Assembly (NCBI GenBank): GCA_963790025.1
Contig: CAWBMP010000004.1
Coordinates: 352,001 to 416,000, forward strand
Reading direction: 5' to 3'
DNA length: 64,000 nucleotides
Origin: Nitrospirota bacterium
GTDB lineage: Bacteria; Nitrospirota; Thermodesulfovibrionia; Thermodesulfovibrionales; Dissulfurispiraceae
Numbering within the stretch: the first letter of the stretch is position 1; the number at the start of each line of letters is the position of its first letter. The position numbers and the translations under genes are program-made. Under the pieces are notes generated by a model, which made no database searches, was not told the DNA's origin, and was given only the letters and a program-made list of their open reading frames with translations. This document shows, one piece after another, positions 38,312 through 47,705 of this stretch.

Positions 38312-40750
38312 TCAATAAAGCAGGTAATTGGCCCTAAGTTTTAGAAAATTTTCGAGCCGGCCCTGCCAGAGTAATGCAACGTCATGCGGGTCCTTGCCTT
38401 CTTTTATGGCCTGTAGCACGTCTCCTGCACCGATAAGGCCCAAAGTACTGTGAAGCTGAAAATCCCGGGGATAGAGCCGGTACAGCGCGCTTACGATCTC
38501 TACTCCCATAACTGTAGAATCCAGCTTCTGGCGATCAATAAGCGCAATCTTAACGCCACGGCATGTCTTGTTCTTATATATATCGCTGCCAGGCATAAAA
38601 GTCACAGGCGTAAACTTTACGCCTGCAATTCTGCGGCTTTTCAAATATTCAGCAAGCTTGCCGCCATCGATCCACGGGGCCCCAAGAAGCTCGAAGGGGA
38701 TCTCAGTCCCTCTGCCCACACTCACGTTCGCGCCCTCAACCATCGCTGTGCCGGGATATAGGATGGCTTCAGAAAGGCTGCGAAGGTTCGGAGAAGGATT
38801 CACCCACCTGAGGCCGGTTTCATCATACCAGTAATTACGCTGATATCCCTCCATCTTTATTACGTGCAGTTTTGCGCCGATGCTGTATTCGCCATTAAAC
38901 ATTTCTGCAAGCTCGCCGACAGTCATGCCGTGACGGACCGGCAGTGGGAAATATCCGGTGAAACACTTCAGGCTGCTGTCCATTACCGGCCCTTGCACCA
39001 GTGAACCGGTAATCGGGTTCGGACGATCAAGAACGTAAAAGTCGATTCCTTTTTGTGCGGCGGCCTCCATTGCATATCCCATAGTGCTTATGTACGTGTA
39101 GAAACGGACTCCCGCGTCCTGGACATCAAACACCAATGCATCCAGGCCTTTGAGCATTCTGTCGGTCGGCCTCCTGACCTCTCCATAAAGGCTGTATACC
39201 GGCAACCCTGTTGACGGCTCTCTCGTGGAACTGACATTATTGTCTGCCTTGCCGAAGAGGCCGTGTTCGGGACTGAATACTGCAGCCAGCTTTACCCCGG
39301 GCGCCTTGTAAAAAAGATCAAGTGTGCGTCGTCCTTCTGCATCCAGGCCTGTATGATTTGTGATAAGTCCCACTCTTTTCCCAAGCAGAGGTAAGAACTT
39401 TTCTGCCTCAAGCACATCGATGCCTGTCAGGACACTGCTGCCGTGCAAGCCGGTCGCCCCACCCGAAAAAGCGACATTTTTTTGCAAACGGGAAGCGGCA
39501 CGGGGATAGTCCAGTAAGCAAAAATAGCTGGAGAGCGACGGCCTCGAGGCCATAATCCTTTCAGCTGAAACAGGACCTATAACATCAGCAACAAGGGCTT
39601 TAATATTCGCCCGTAAGGCCTTCGCATCTCCCTTGCCGGCCGGGTGGACCCGGTTGGCAAGGACAATAATATATACTTTTGAGACAGGATCTATCCATAG
39701 CGCCGTCCCTGTATATCCAAGATGTCCGAAAGAGCCCACCGGCGGCAGTTCATTCCGATTTGAAGCGAGTGGCGGTCCAATGTCCCACCCAAAACCGCGC
39801 AGTTCCATCTTGCCGGGTGGAGATTGTGGAATAGTCATCTTCTCAACTGTGGCAGCCTTCAGAATATGCACACTGCCGGCACTGCCGCCGTTCAGGAGCA
39901 TCAGGGCGAAACGGGACAGGTCATCAGTGCTGGAAAAAAGTCCTGCATGGCCTGCCATGCCCCCCATCCTCCGGCACACGGGGTCATGCACCCTTCCCCA
40001 AAGCATCTCTCCCTGACAGTATTCAGTTGGCGCAATCCGGTTATGCAAGCTCCATGATGGTTTAAAAACAGTATCGGTCATCCCCAACGGCCTGAAAATT
40101 TTATTTGCGCAATACACGTTGAGCGGATGTCCCGAGACTCTGCGGACAATCTCGCCCAGTATTTGAAAATTAATATCACTGTAAATAAAACATGTACCCG
40201 GAGGGCAGACCGGTTTCTCGCGTACAATCATACGCATAGCGGTTTTGTATCCGGACCACGCCGCTTTCAGATCCAGGTCGGGCCTGAGTCCGGAATAATG
40301 TGTGAGCAACTGGCGCACGGTGATCATCTTTTTTCCCTTTACTCTGAACGCGGGCCAATAGCGGGCAACCGGAGCATCGAGCCGGAGTTTGCCCTTTTCC
40401 GCCAGTTGCATTATTGCAGTAGTGGTGGCGACAACCTTGGTTAAAGATGCCACGTCAAAAATGGTATCCTCGGTCATAGGCAATTGGATGGGATCAAGGG
40501 AACGATGTCCGAAGGCGCGGCGGTAAAGAACACCTTCCGGCGTTCCTATCATCACAACCGCTCCCGGTATATTGCCTTCGCTAATTTCTTTTTCTACAAT
40601 ATCCTGAATGGGAGCAAGTCTCCTTGCGACTTGCTCCATTTGCTGTTGCTGGACCTGCTGCGAGGGGACCTTGTCCACAGCAGCCCATGCCGGCATAGCG
40701 ACCGAGGCTGTCATGACAAGCAGGGCGGCAAAAATAGAGCACCTCATCAT
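38312..40750 (-). CDS. Serine hydrolase (beta-lactamase fold) fused to a NamZ/DUF1343 exo-beta-N-acetylmuramidase
   Basis: FDVASLTK (SxxK), YSD, GHLGYTG; then GLITNHTG, FSPEHG, FDVQDAG.RFYTY, LDRPNP, PSPNL. Confidence 0.88.
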   Translation of the reverse strand: MMRCSIFAALLVMTASVAMPAWAAVDKVPSQQVQQQQMEQVARRLAPIQDIVEKEISEGNIPGAVVMIGTPEGVLYRRAFGHRSLDPIQLPMTEDTIFDVASLTKVVATTTAIMQLAEKGKLRLDAPVARYWPAFRVKGKKMITVRQLLTHYSGLRPDLDLKAAWSGYKTAMRMIVREKPVCPPGTCFIYSDINFQILGEIVRRVSGHPLNVYCANKIFRPLGMTDTVFKPSWSLHNRIAPTEYCQGEMLWGRVHDPVCRRMGGMAGHAGLFSSTDDLSRFALMLLNGGSAGSVHILKAATVEKMTIPQSPPGKMELRGFGWDIGPPLASNRNELPPVGSFGHLGYTGTALWIDPVSKVYIIVLANRVHPAGKGDAKALRANIKALVADVIGPVSAERIMASRPSLSSYFCLLDYPRAASRLQKNVAFSGGATGLHGSSVLTGIDVLEAEKFLPLLGKRVGLITNHTGLDAEGRRTLDLFYKAPGVKLAAVFSPEHGLFGKADNNVSSTREPSTGLPVYSLYGEVRRPTDRMLKGLDALVFDVQDAGVRFYTYISTMGYAMEAAAQKGIDFYVLDRPNPITGSLVQGPVMDSSLKCFTGYFPLPVRHGMTVGELAEMFNGEYSIGAKLHVIKMEGYQRNYWYDETGLRWVNPSPNLRSLSEAILYPGTAMVEGANVSVGRGTEIPFELLGAPWIDGGKLAEYLKSRRIAGVKFTPVTFMPGSDIYKNKTCRGVKIALIDRQKLDSTVMGVEIVSALYRLYPRDFQLHSTLGLIGAGDVLQAIKEGKDPHDVALLWQGRLENFLKLRANYLLY

Positions 40751-42084
40751 GAAGGCAGCTGTGACATAATCCCTTGTCCCGGAACAGAGGGCTTGGCCCG
40801 CCCCCCGGAGATTGCCGGCTGTTTCTTCAATCCGGCGCCGGTATAGACGTTACGCGGGTTCCATAGCATCCAGCCATCGGAGCCGAATTCCTCTGCCGCT
40901 TTTATCTGTTCCCGGATTTCCGGCCCGTTAAAATGCCTTCTGTCAAAAGCATAATCTTTGAATGCCTGGAGCCAGGGCCTGAACCTGACCGCCGGAATCT
41001 GCACACGCTCACCTGATTTTTTGAGTGAACGATAGACTATTTCATATGGATGTGCTACGGGATTTCTATATCCCGGTATTCCGAACTGGAAGCCCGAGGG
41101 ATAAAGCATTAGTGAAATGTAATCAACACATGGTGCGATCTTATCAAGGCGCTGTCCGATCTGTGTATCATCGAGGTTCCAGGATACATAACCGAAAATA
41201 TCGGCGGCAACAAAAACATTATAAGGCGCAAGCCTCCGCCGCGCTTCGGCAAGGAAACCGGATATATATTTCACACGGTTCTCCTCGTCATTCCGCACCG
41301 AGAACTTAAGGCCCTTCCTGTCAGGAAACCTTACATAGTCGAACTGTATCTCATCAAAACCGCTCCGGGCAGCTTCGACTGCGATATCAATATTATAATC
41401 CCACACCTCGCGCCTTGAAGGGTCCATCCATATGAGGTTCTCCCGGTCCCGCCATATTCCGCCTTCCTGTGTTCTTACGGCAAGATCAGGCCGTGCTGTG
41501 CCAAGTGTATCGTCCTTGAACACCACAATACGTGCAATAGTGTAAATGCCCTTCTGTTTTAATGACAGAAGCAGGCCCTTTATATCCTTAACAATTGTCA
41601 ACCTTTGAGCTCCTATTTCAGCAGCAAGAGGGATTGAACTTTTATAAGTAATTACGCCCCTGTCCCCTTTTACATCGATTACCAGTGAATTGACCTCGGT
41701 CTGCTCGATCAGTTTAAGCGCCGCGCCCCGCAGCGTCCTGTCCCCTATGCCGTAAAAAGTGAGATAGAGCGCCCTCGGTGTAAAAGGACGCAATTTTATC
41801 TGTACCGGCGTGGTCATGAGTGTCGAAACTACTGGCTGCTCTGCACTCAGGTATCCGTAAGCCCTCGCCGCGATTCTATTTCCGCCGCCCCTTAGCGTGA
41901 ACCTGCCGTTTTCATCTGCACGAACGATGTCATTATCCGCAGTGACAATGGCGCCTCCTATGGGTTTCTGCGTGAAGCTGTCGACAACCCATCCTGTCGT
42001 AAATCCCATCGCATAAGCCGGGATTAATAAAAACGATACTGTTGTTAGGAAGATTGCCGCCTTGCCCGTTCTCCTGATCATCAT
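40747..42084 (-). CDS. Putative glycoside hydrolase (DUF4015-like) with an N-terminal carboxypeptidase-regulatory-like domain
   Basis: VIDVKGD.G, IARIVVFKD, GFDEIQFDYVRFP, MLYPS, RPWLQAF, WNP.N.Y. Confidence 0.8.
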   Translation of the reverse strand: MMIRRTGKAAIFLTTVSFLLIPAYAMGFTTGWVVDSFTQKPIGGAIVTADNDIVRADENGRFTLRGGGNRIAARAYGYLSAEQPVVSTLMTTPVQIKLRPFTPRALYLTFYGIGDRTLRGAALKLIEQTEVNSLVIDVKGDRGVITYKSSIPLAAEIGAQRLTIVKDIKGLLLSLKQKGIYTIARIVVFKDDTLGTARPDLAVRTQEGGIWRDRENLIWMDPSRREVWDYNIDIAVEAARSGFDEIQFDYVRFPDRKGLKFSVRNDEENRVKYISGFLAEARRRLAPYNVFVAADIFGYVSWNLDDTQIGQRLDKIAPCVDYISLMLYPSGFQFGIPGYRNPVAHPYEIVYRSLKKSGERVQIPAVRFRPWLQAFKDYAFDRRHFNGPEIREQIKAAEEFGSDGWMLWNPRNVYTGAGLKKQPAISGGRAKPSVPGQGIMSQLPS

Positions 42085-42179
42085 TCATAGCACCTCGTTT
42101 AATTTATATTGTTCTCATTAACTAATCGGCAAATATACCTAAAACTTTACCTGTCACGCCCAAAGCCTTCCTGTCCAGC

Positions 42180-42998
42180 TTAGCGGGCCCTCCCTGCAAC
42201 AATTTCAGCAAACCTCTTCCCACTGTCCTGATTTACCATCAGATAACGCGGAAGGGCCTCTATTTTGTCCGAAGGACCTGCTGGCCGCCTCTCCAGGCTG
42301 AATGCGGCGATGTAGCCTGCTTCAGCTGCTTTATGAGTCAGAAAATCGTCATAAATCCCGAAGGGCCAGGCCAGCATATCGATTTTGACCCCCAGTTCCT
42401 TCTCCAGCTTTCGTTTGGATTTTTTTAACTGCATGTCGACGAACTTATCATATTCGGACGGGGAAAGCCCCTTTTTATCTCTTTTGAAATTTGGGTGCCA
42501 GTAGGTGTGTCCCTGCAGGTCGAAGAGTCCGGTCTTTTTAAGGTCCCTGAGCTGGTCCCACGTCATGGTATAAGACGCATGTGATACAGCCGATGGATAT
42601 ACGAAGACTGTTACCGGAATATGATACTTCCTGACGAGAGGCAGCATGTCGCTGTAAACGGATTTGTGGGCGTCATCTTCAACAATAACGACTGCCTTTG
42701 CAGGCGGCGGGAGCACAGTCTTCCCGAGGCAGTAATCCACAAGCTGCCTGAGCGGGATTACTGTATAGCCGTTGTCTTTCAGGTATCTCAGATTAGATTC
42801 GAAAACTGCGGTAGTCACGGTCATGCTGTCGGCAACTACAGGACCAAAACGGTGATAAAGGAGAATAGGGACCCCTCTGCCCTCCCCGGAAGTCTTATCC
42901 TTCACAGCTCCTTCTGCCGGCGGCAGGCCTAACAAAAGGATGATCAGCAATAAGAACAAAAAACTTTTTTTCACTCTTGCGCGTGCGTCCTTGCCCAC
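42180..42998 (-). CDS. Polysaccharide deacetylase (CE4)
   Basis: PILLYHRF, EDDAH, HTYWH, AWPFG. Confidence 0.85.
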   Translation of the reverse strand: MGKDARARVKKSFLFLLLIILLLGLPPAEGAVKDKTSGEGRGVPILLYHRFGPVVADSMTVTTAVFESNLRYLKDNGYTVIPLRQLVDYCLGKTVLPPPAKAVVIVEDDAHKSVYSDMLPLVRKYHIPVTVFVYPSAVSHASYTMTWDQLRDLKKTGLFDLQGHTYWHPNFKRDKKGLSPSEYDKFVDMQLKKSKRKLEKELGVKIDMLAWPFGIYDDFLTHKAAEAGYIAAFSLERRPAGPSDKIEALPRYLMVNQDSGKRFAEIVAGRAR

Positions 42999-43135
42999 CT
43001 CTATTTGTATTTATATTTTCATCTCTTTCAATGATAAAAAGCAATAGAATTTTTTTTAATTATGAATAGAGGTCAAACTTCGATTAAAGTCTGCTATAAT
43101 GCAAATAGAAGAATCTCAAGCGCAAGGAGGGACAT

Positions 43136-43357
43136 ATGGCAGTTAAAAAAGTTGCAAAAGCCGCGAAGGCTCCGGCTTCATCCAAAACAAAAAAGAGCGC
43201 AAAGAAAACTGCTCCAAAAAAACAAAAAGAGCTTAAAGCCGGTGCGCGTTACGTATGCAGTGTTTGCGGGCTGGCGATGACAGTGGACAATGCCTGCGGC
43301 TGTACCGATTTTTGTGATATCATCTGCTGCGGCGAGCAGATGAAACCGTCAAAATAA
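43136..43357 (+). CDS. Small Lys/Ala-rich protein with a desulforedoxin-like Cys cluster
   Basis: RBS AAGGAGG; Y.CSVCG...V...CGC...C.IICCGEQM. Confidence 0.75.
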   Translation: MAVKKVAKAAKAPASSKTKKSAKKTAPKKQKELKAGARYVCSVCGLAMTVDNACGCTDFCDIICCGEQMKPSK

Positions 43358-43369
43358 ACATCACTTTTA

Positions 43370-43413
43370 TTGGAGGTTAGAGGTACCTCCAACTTCTAAC
43401 CTCTAACCTCCAA
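43370..43413. repeat. Heptamer repeat hairpin
   Basis: ttggagg ttagagg ta cctccaa cttctaa cctctaa cctccaa. Confidence 0.8.
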
Positions 43414-43441
43414 CCCTTAAAAATGGTATTATAGCCTCAGT

Positions 43442-43912
43442 ATGACACCCGAGGAAAAATTGAGGGCTTTAAATATTGCCCTGCCTGAAGCGCCGATACC
43501 GCTGGGCTCCTATATCCCCTGCGTCGTTACCGGCAACCTGCTCTTCCTGAGCGGCATGCTTCCCCTCAGGGACGGCAAACTGACGCGAACAGGGAAGGTC
43601 GGGGTATCTTTGTCTTTGGCTGAGGCACAGGAAGAAGCCAGACTGGTTGTAATCAATGCGCTTGCAGCCGTAAAGAGTCATGCCGGAAGCCTGGACAGGA
43701 TCCGTCAGTGCATAAAAATAAACGGTTACGTATCATCTTCTCCGGATTTTACCGAACAGCCGAAAGTGTTAAATGCGGCATCAGATTTTATGTTTGAAAT
43801 TCTGGGCGAGGCAGGCAGGCATGCAAGGGCATCAGTTGGCGTTGCCGTACTCCCCCTCGACGCACCGGTCGAAATAGATTTTATTTTCGAGCTGTATCCT
43901 CCGATCGCCTGA
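43442..43912 (+). CDS. RidA/YjgF family protein
   Basis: P.GSY.P....G.LLFLSG, F.EQP.V.N.AS, GRHAR..VGV..LP.DAPVEI. Confidence 0.9.
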   Translation: MTPEEKLRALNIALPEAPIPLGSYIPCVVTGNLLFLSGMLPLRDGKLTRTGKVGVSLSLAEAQEEARLVVINALAAVKSHAGSLDRIRQCIKINGYVSSSPDFTEQPKVLNAASDFMFEILGEAGRHARASVGVAVLPLDAPVEIDFIFELYPPIA

Positions 43913-43913
43913 A

Positions 43914-46010
43914 ATGAACCCTGATGAGCATTTATCAATACTAAGGCGCATTTCGCAGTGGATCCTTTTCATAACGTTAGGTATCAGCGTCGTGTCTTTG
44001 CTGGGATGGTTTTTCGGGTTCCTCATTGTTGCAAGCATAAACCCTCACTACGTTCCAATGGCTCCGAGCAGCGCATTGTGTTTTTTCATATTGAGCATTT
44101 CATTGCTTGACTATGTGTTCCGTCCCGGGGACCGCACCAGACGGATTGTAGCTGTCGTTGGTCCAATCCTGACTTTTCTCATCTCGCTGATGATACTCAT
44201 TGGTTTTCTTCTCGGTACGGCGTCTGATGTCGAACTTATATGCTTTCAGCCCCTCATAACTATGGGTAATATTCCCACAGGTCATATGTCCCCTATTACA
44301 GCTATAGTCTTTTTAATAGCGTCGGCAGGGGCTTTGTTCCTGGTCTTTTCTTACGAGGGAAGACAACGTTTCAAAAATTTTGCCGCTTTTCTTGCGACAG
44401 CCGTGGTTTCAATCGGGTTTATTATTGTTCTCGGATATTTGTATGGTACGCCTCTATTGTACGGCGGAAATATAATACCCGTGGCCCTTACCAGTGCGAT
44501 TGCGTTTGAGCTTATCGGCCTGGGAATAATAACTGCGTCGGGGACCGGGGTCCCGCCGGTAAGAGTTTTTACAGGTCTGACAGTAAGCAATCGATTAATG
44601 CGGGCCTTTCTTCCTGCAATAATTGTTTTTGTTTTGCTCGATGGATTGCTCTATAACACTGCATTCCGTGGTGGTGTCAATCCTGCATTGATATCATCCT
44701 TAATTACGATTTTATCAATGATTGTTGTCGGTATAATAATATCGAAAATATCAAAAACGATCGGGGGCGAAATAGACCGTGCACATGCCGAGCGCAACAG
44801 GGCAGAGGAATTGCTGAAGATGGATGAAGACCGGCTCGAGACGTTATTGAAACTCGCACAGATGAAAGCTGAATCGGAAAAAGAGCTTGCTGCTTTTGCC
44901 CTTGCAGAAGTTGTCAGGCTCACAAAAAGCAGGGGCGGATACCTGCATTTCTTTAATGAGGATCAACAAACCATAAAACTTTATTTGTGGTCTGATGATG
45001 TGCTCAAATCGTGTGCGGCAACGCCGGGCGTGCATTATCCGCTTGATAAGGCCGGCGTTTGGGGGGACAGTATTCGTTTCAGAAAACCGGTAATACATAA
45101 TGACTATCAAATGCTGTCCGATAAAAAAGGCTATCCTGAAGGACATTTTCATTTAGTCCGTCACCTGGGCGTACCTATTTTTGATGGAGATCGTATAGTT
45201 GGAGTCGCCGGGGTCGGCAATAAAGAAGAGCCTTACGATGAGTCTGATATCCGTCAGATCAGTCTTTTCATGAATAATATGTGGGCAATATTAAAACACC
45301 AGCGCTCAGAGCTGGAACGCGAGCGGCTCAATCGTGAACTCGATGCCTTCAGCTACTCAGTCTCGCATGACCTGCGTGCACCCTTGCGGCATATGTCGGC
45401 CTTTGTAGGACTGCTGCAAAAAAGATTGGAGAAGCACCAAGACGCAGACACTCAACATTATATGGCTGTAATAGCCGGGTCGTCAAAAAAGATGGGAATG
45501 CTTATCGATGATCTGCTAGCCTTCTCGCGGATGGGGCGCACGGACCTGCGACTGAGGAAAGTGAATTTTCATACCCTTGTTGAAGAAGTTGTCAGCGAAA
45601 TTCAGGACGAGGTAAAAGACCGGGATATTACATGGAAAATGGGAGAACTGCCCTATGTATATGGCGACCAGTCGCTGCTGAGGCTAGCCCTGGTTAACCT
45701 CATCCATAATGCCGTAAAATACACCCGCCCCAAGCCCCAGGCTGAAATCGAGATCGGGTGCAAAGAGGAGGGAGACGAATTCATTTTTTTTGTCAAAGAC
45801 AATGGCGCAGGGTTTGATATGAAATATGCGGACAAGCTTTTCGGCGTATTCCAGCGCCTCCATCCCCAGAACGAATTTGAAGGCACAGGAATTGGCCTTG
45901 CCAATGTCCTGCGCATCATATCCCGTCACGGCGGAAGGACCTGGGCCGAGGGTTCCGTGGGACTCGGAGCTACATTTTACTTTACTCTTCCGAAGACGGA
46001 TAAGCCGTAA
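43914..46010 (+). CDS. Membrane sensor histidine kinase with a GAF domain
   Basis: Multiple TMs, GAF, FSYSVSHDLRAPLR, NL..NAVKY, DNGAGF, GTGIGLA. Confidence 0.92.
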   Translation: MNPDEHLSILRRISQWILFITLGISVVSLLGWFFGFLIVASINPHYVPMAPSSALCFFILSISLLDYVFRPGDRTRRIVAVVGPILTFLISLMILIGFLLGTASDVELICFQPLITMGNIPTGHMSPITAIVFLIASAGALFLVFSYEGRQRFKNFAAFLATAVVSIGFIIVLGYLYGTPLLYGGNIIPVALTSAIAFELIGLGIITASGTGVPPVRVFTGLTVSNRLMRAFLPAIIVFVLLDGLLYNTAFRGGVNPALISSLITILSMIVVGIIISKISKTIGGEIDRAHAERNRAEELLKMDEDRLETLLKLAQMKAESEKELAAFALAEVVRLTKSRGGYLHFFNEDQQTIKLYLWSDDVLKSCAATPGVHYPLDKAGVWGDSIRFRKPVIHNDYQMLSDKKGYPEGHFHLVRHLGVPIFDGDRIVGVAGVGNKEEPYDESDIRQISLFMNNMWAILKHQRSELERERLNRELDAFSYSVSHDLRAPLRHMSAFVGLLQKRLEKHQDADTQHYMAVIAGSSKKMGMLIDDLLAFSRMGRTDLRLRKVNFHTLVEEVVSEIQDEVKDRDITWKMGELPYVYGDQSLLRLALVNLIHNAVKYTRPKPQAEIEIGCKEEGDEFIFFVKDNGAGFDMKYADKLFGVFQRLHPQNEFEGTGIGLANVLRIISRHGGRTWAEGSVGLGATFYFTLPKTDKP

Positions 46011-46028
46011 GAACGCCGGAGCCAAAGC

Positions 46029-47705
46029 TTATTTAAGTGTAATTTGCTGCTGTATAGACAAGGCCTCCGTATATTCTTCCCATAGCCGCATTTTCGTGAC
46101 GTCCGGCGCGGCCTCTCCCTCAATAAAATCCCAGGGCAGCATTTCGTTGGGACCCCTCTTCCTGAAAACGTAATAATCCATATCTATTCCGGTCTCAGAA
46201 CATGCCTTTTTCAGATCATCGGTCTTTGCCATCGCCTCGATGATCTTATACACCCTCCGGTCACCCCTCGAAAAAAGGCCTTGCATATGTGCGTATTTGG
46301 GCACATCGTGAAAAATTTTAACATTCCCCTCATCAGTGAGCGCTTTTTTTATGAACTTCAACTTTCCTTTTACGGCACTGAGTGTGTCCATGGCGTGCCA
46401 CTGAAAGGGAGTCAACGGCTTGGGTACAAAAGTACTTATACTTAACACAATTGATCCCTTTTTGGATTGTTTCCTGATTTTCTTCACAAGATTTACGATT
46501 CCCAAAATATCTTCCTCAGTCTCCGTGGGCAGTCCTATCATAAAATAAAGCCTCAGGTTCTCTAAACCTGCTTCAAGTATACGCACCGATGTATTGAGGA
46601 TATCGGTTTCACTTATTTTTTTACTTATCACCTTTCGCATCCTTTCAGTCCCGGCCTCCGGCGCTATTGAGATGCTTTTATGTCCCTTCATGAGCCCTAT
46701 CAGTTCCAGGCTTTTTTCGCTGGCCCGCAGGGAGGTGATTGAAAAGTCCACTCCAGGGATGCCTAATATTTCTTTTATATGCGCGTAATCAGTTAAAGAT
46801 GGTCCTATCAGCCCTATTTTATCGGTATAGTGCTTCGCATGTATGATTTCATTTTTGACAACGGCGCTTTCTTTTTTTCTAAGCGGACGATACATATGTC
46901 CCACAAGACAGAACCTGCAGCTCCAGGGGCATCCACGCATTGTCTCGATAAGGTACATATTGGAGAATTCAGATTGCGTGCTGACAATGGAAGTGGTGAC
47001 GGACTCTGACGAGAGTTCCCTGATACACCGTCTCTTTACCGTTGCCGGGGCATTACGCAAGGGGGTCCTTTCTGCAAGTGTGCCGTCATCATGATACCGC
47101 ACGGTGTAGCAATCGGGCACATAGACCCCCTCTATGAAAAGGGCGGCGTTTTTCACAGCGTCCTTCACCGTCCCGGTATGCATTACTGCCTTATATATTT
47201 CGAGAAACTCATTCAGCGACTCCTCGGCATCTCCGATAAACATAATATCAAATACAGGCGCAACAGGTTCCGGATTGAAGGAAGGGCAAACGCCCCCAGC
47301 GATAAGAAGTGGGTGAAAACGGTTTCGCCCGGACGACAGGAATGGTATTTTTGCAGTGTCCAGAATCTTTAGTATGTTTGGATAGTCATTTTCAAAAGGA
47401 ATAGAAAAGGCCGCTATGTCAAATTTATTAACAGGTCTTTTACATTCGAGGGAAAAAAGGGGCGTTCCCGTCCTTTTATGCAGCGCCAGGTCCTCTTCAT
47501 CCGGTAAAAATGCACGCTCGCATACAACATCGTCTCTCTTGTTCAACAGGCCGTAAACACCTTGAAAACCTAAATTGGCCATGCCCAGCCGGTAGATATT
47601 AGGATAGATAAGGCATATCGAGATTCTTCCGCCAAAGTCTTTGAAAACAGTGCCCTGCTCGACGGAAAGCAAGGCATCAGCTCTTTCGATAAGAGTGCGG
47701 TTCGT
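46029..47705 (-). CDS. Radical SAM protein (B12-binding/YgiQ-like family); start uncertain (ACG 47705 or TTG 47672)
   Basis: YPN.Y..GM.NLG, RGCPWSCRFC, APEAG, YFMIGLP.ET, FVPKP.TPFQW. Confidence 0.85.
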   Translation of the reverse strand, partial: TNRTLIERADALLSVEQGTVFKDFGGRISICLIYPNIYRLGMANLGFQGVYGLLNKRDDVVCERAFLPDEEDLALHKRTGTPLFSLECKRPVNKFDIAAFSIPFENDYPNILKILDTAKIPFLSSGRNRFHPLLIAGGVCPSFNPEPVAPVFDIMFIGDAEESLNEFLEIYKAVMHTGTVKDAVKNAALFIEGVYVPDCYTVRYHDDGTLAERTPLRNAPATVKRRCIRELSSESVTTSIVSTQSEFSNMYLIETMRGCPWSCRFCLVGHMYRPLRKKESAVVKNEIIHAKHYTDKIGLIGPSLTDYAHIKEILGIPGVDFSITSLRASEKSLELIGLMKGHKSISIAPEAGTERMRKVISKKISETDILNTSVRILEAGLENLRLYFMIGLPTETEEDILGIVNLVKKIRKQSKKGSIVLSISTFVPKPLTPFQWHAMDTLSAVKGKLKFIKKALTDEGNVKIFHDVPKYAHMQGLFSRGDRRVYKIIEAMAKTDDLKKACSETGIDMDYYVFRKRGPNEMLPWDFIEGEAAPDVTKMRLWEEYTEALSIQQQITLK

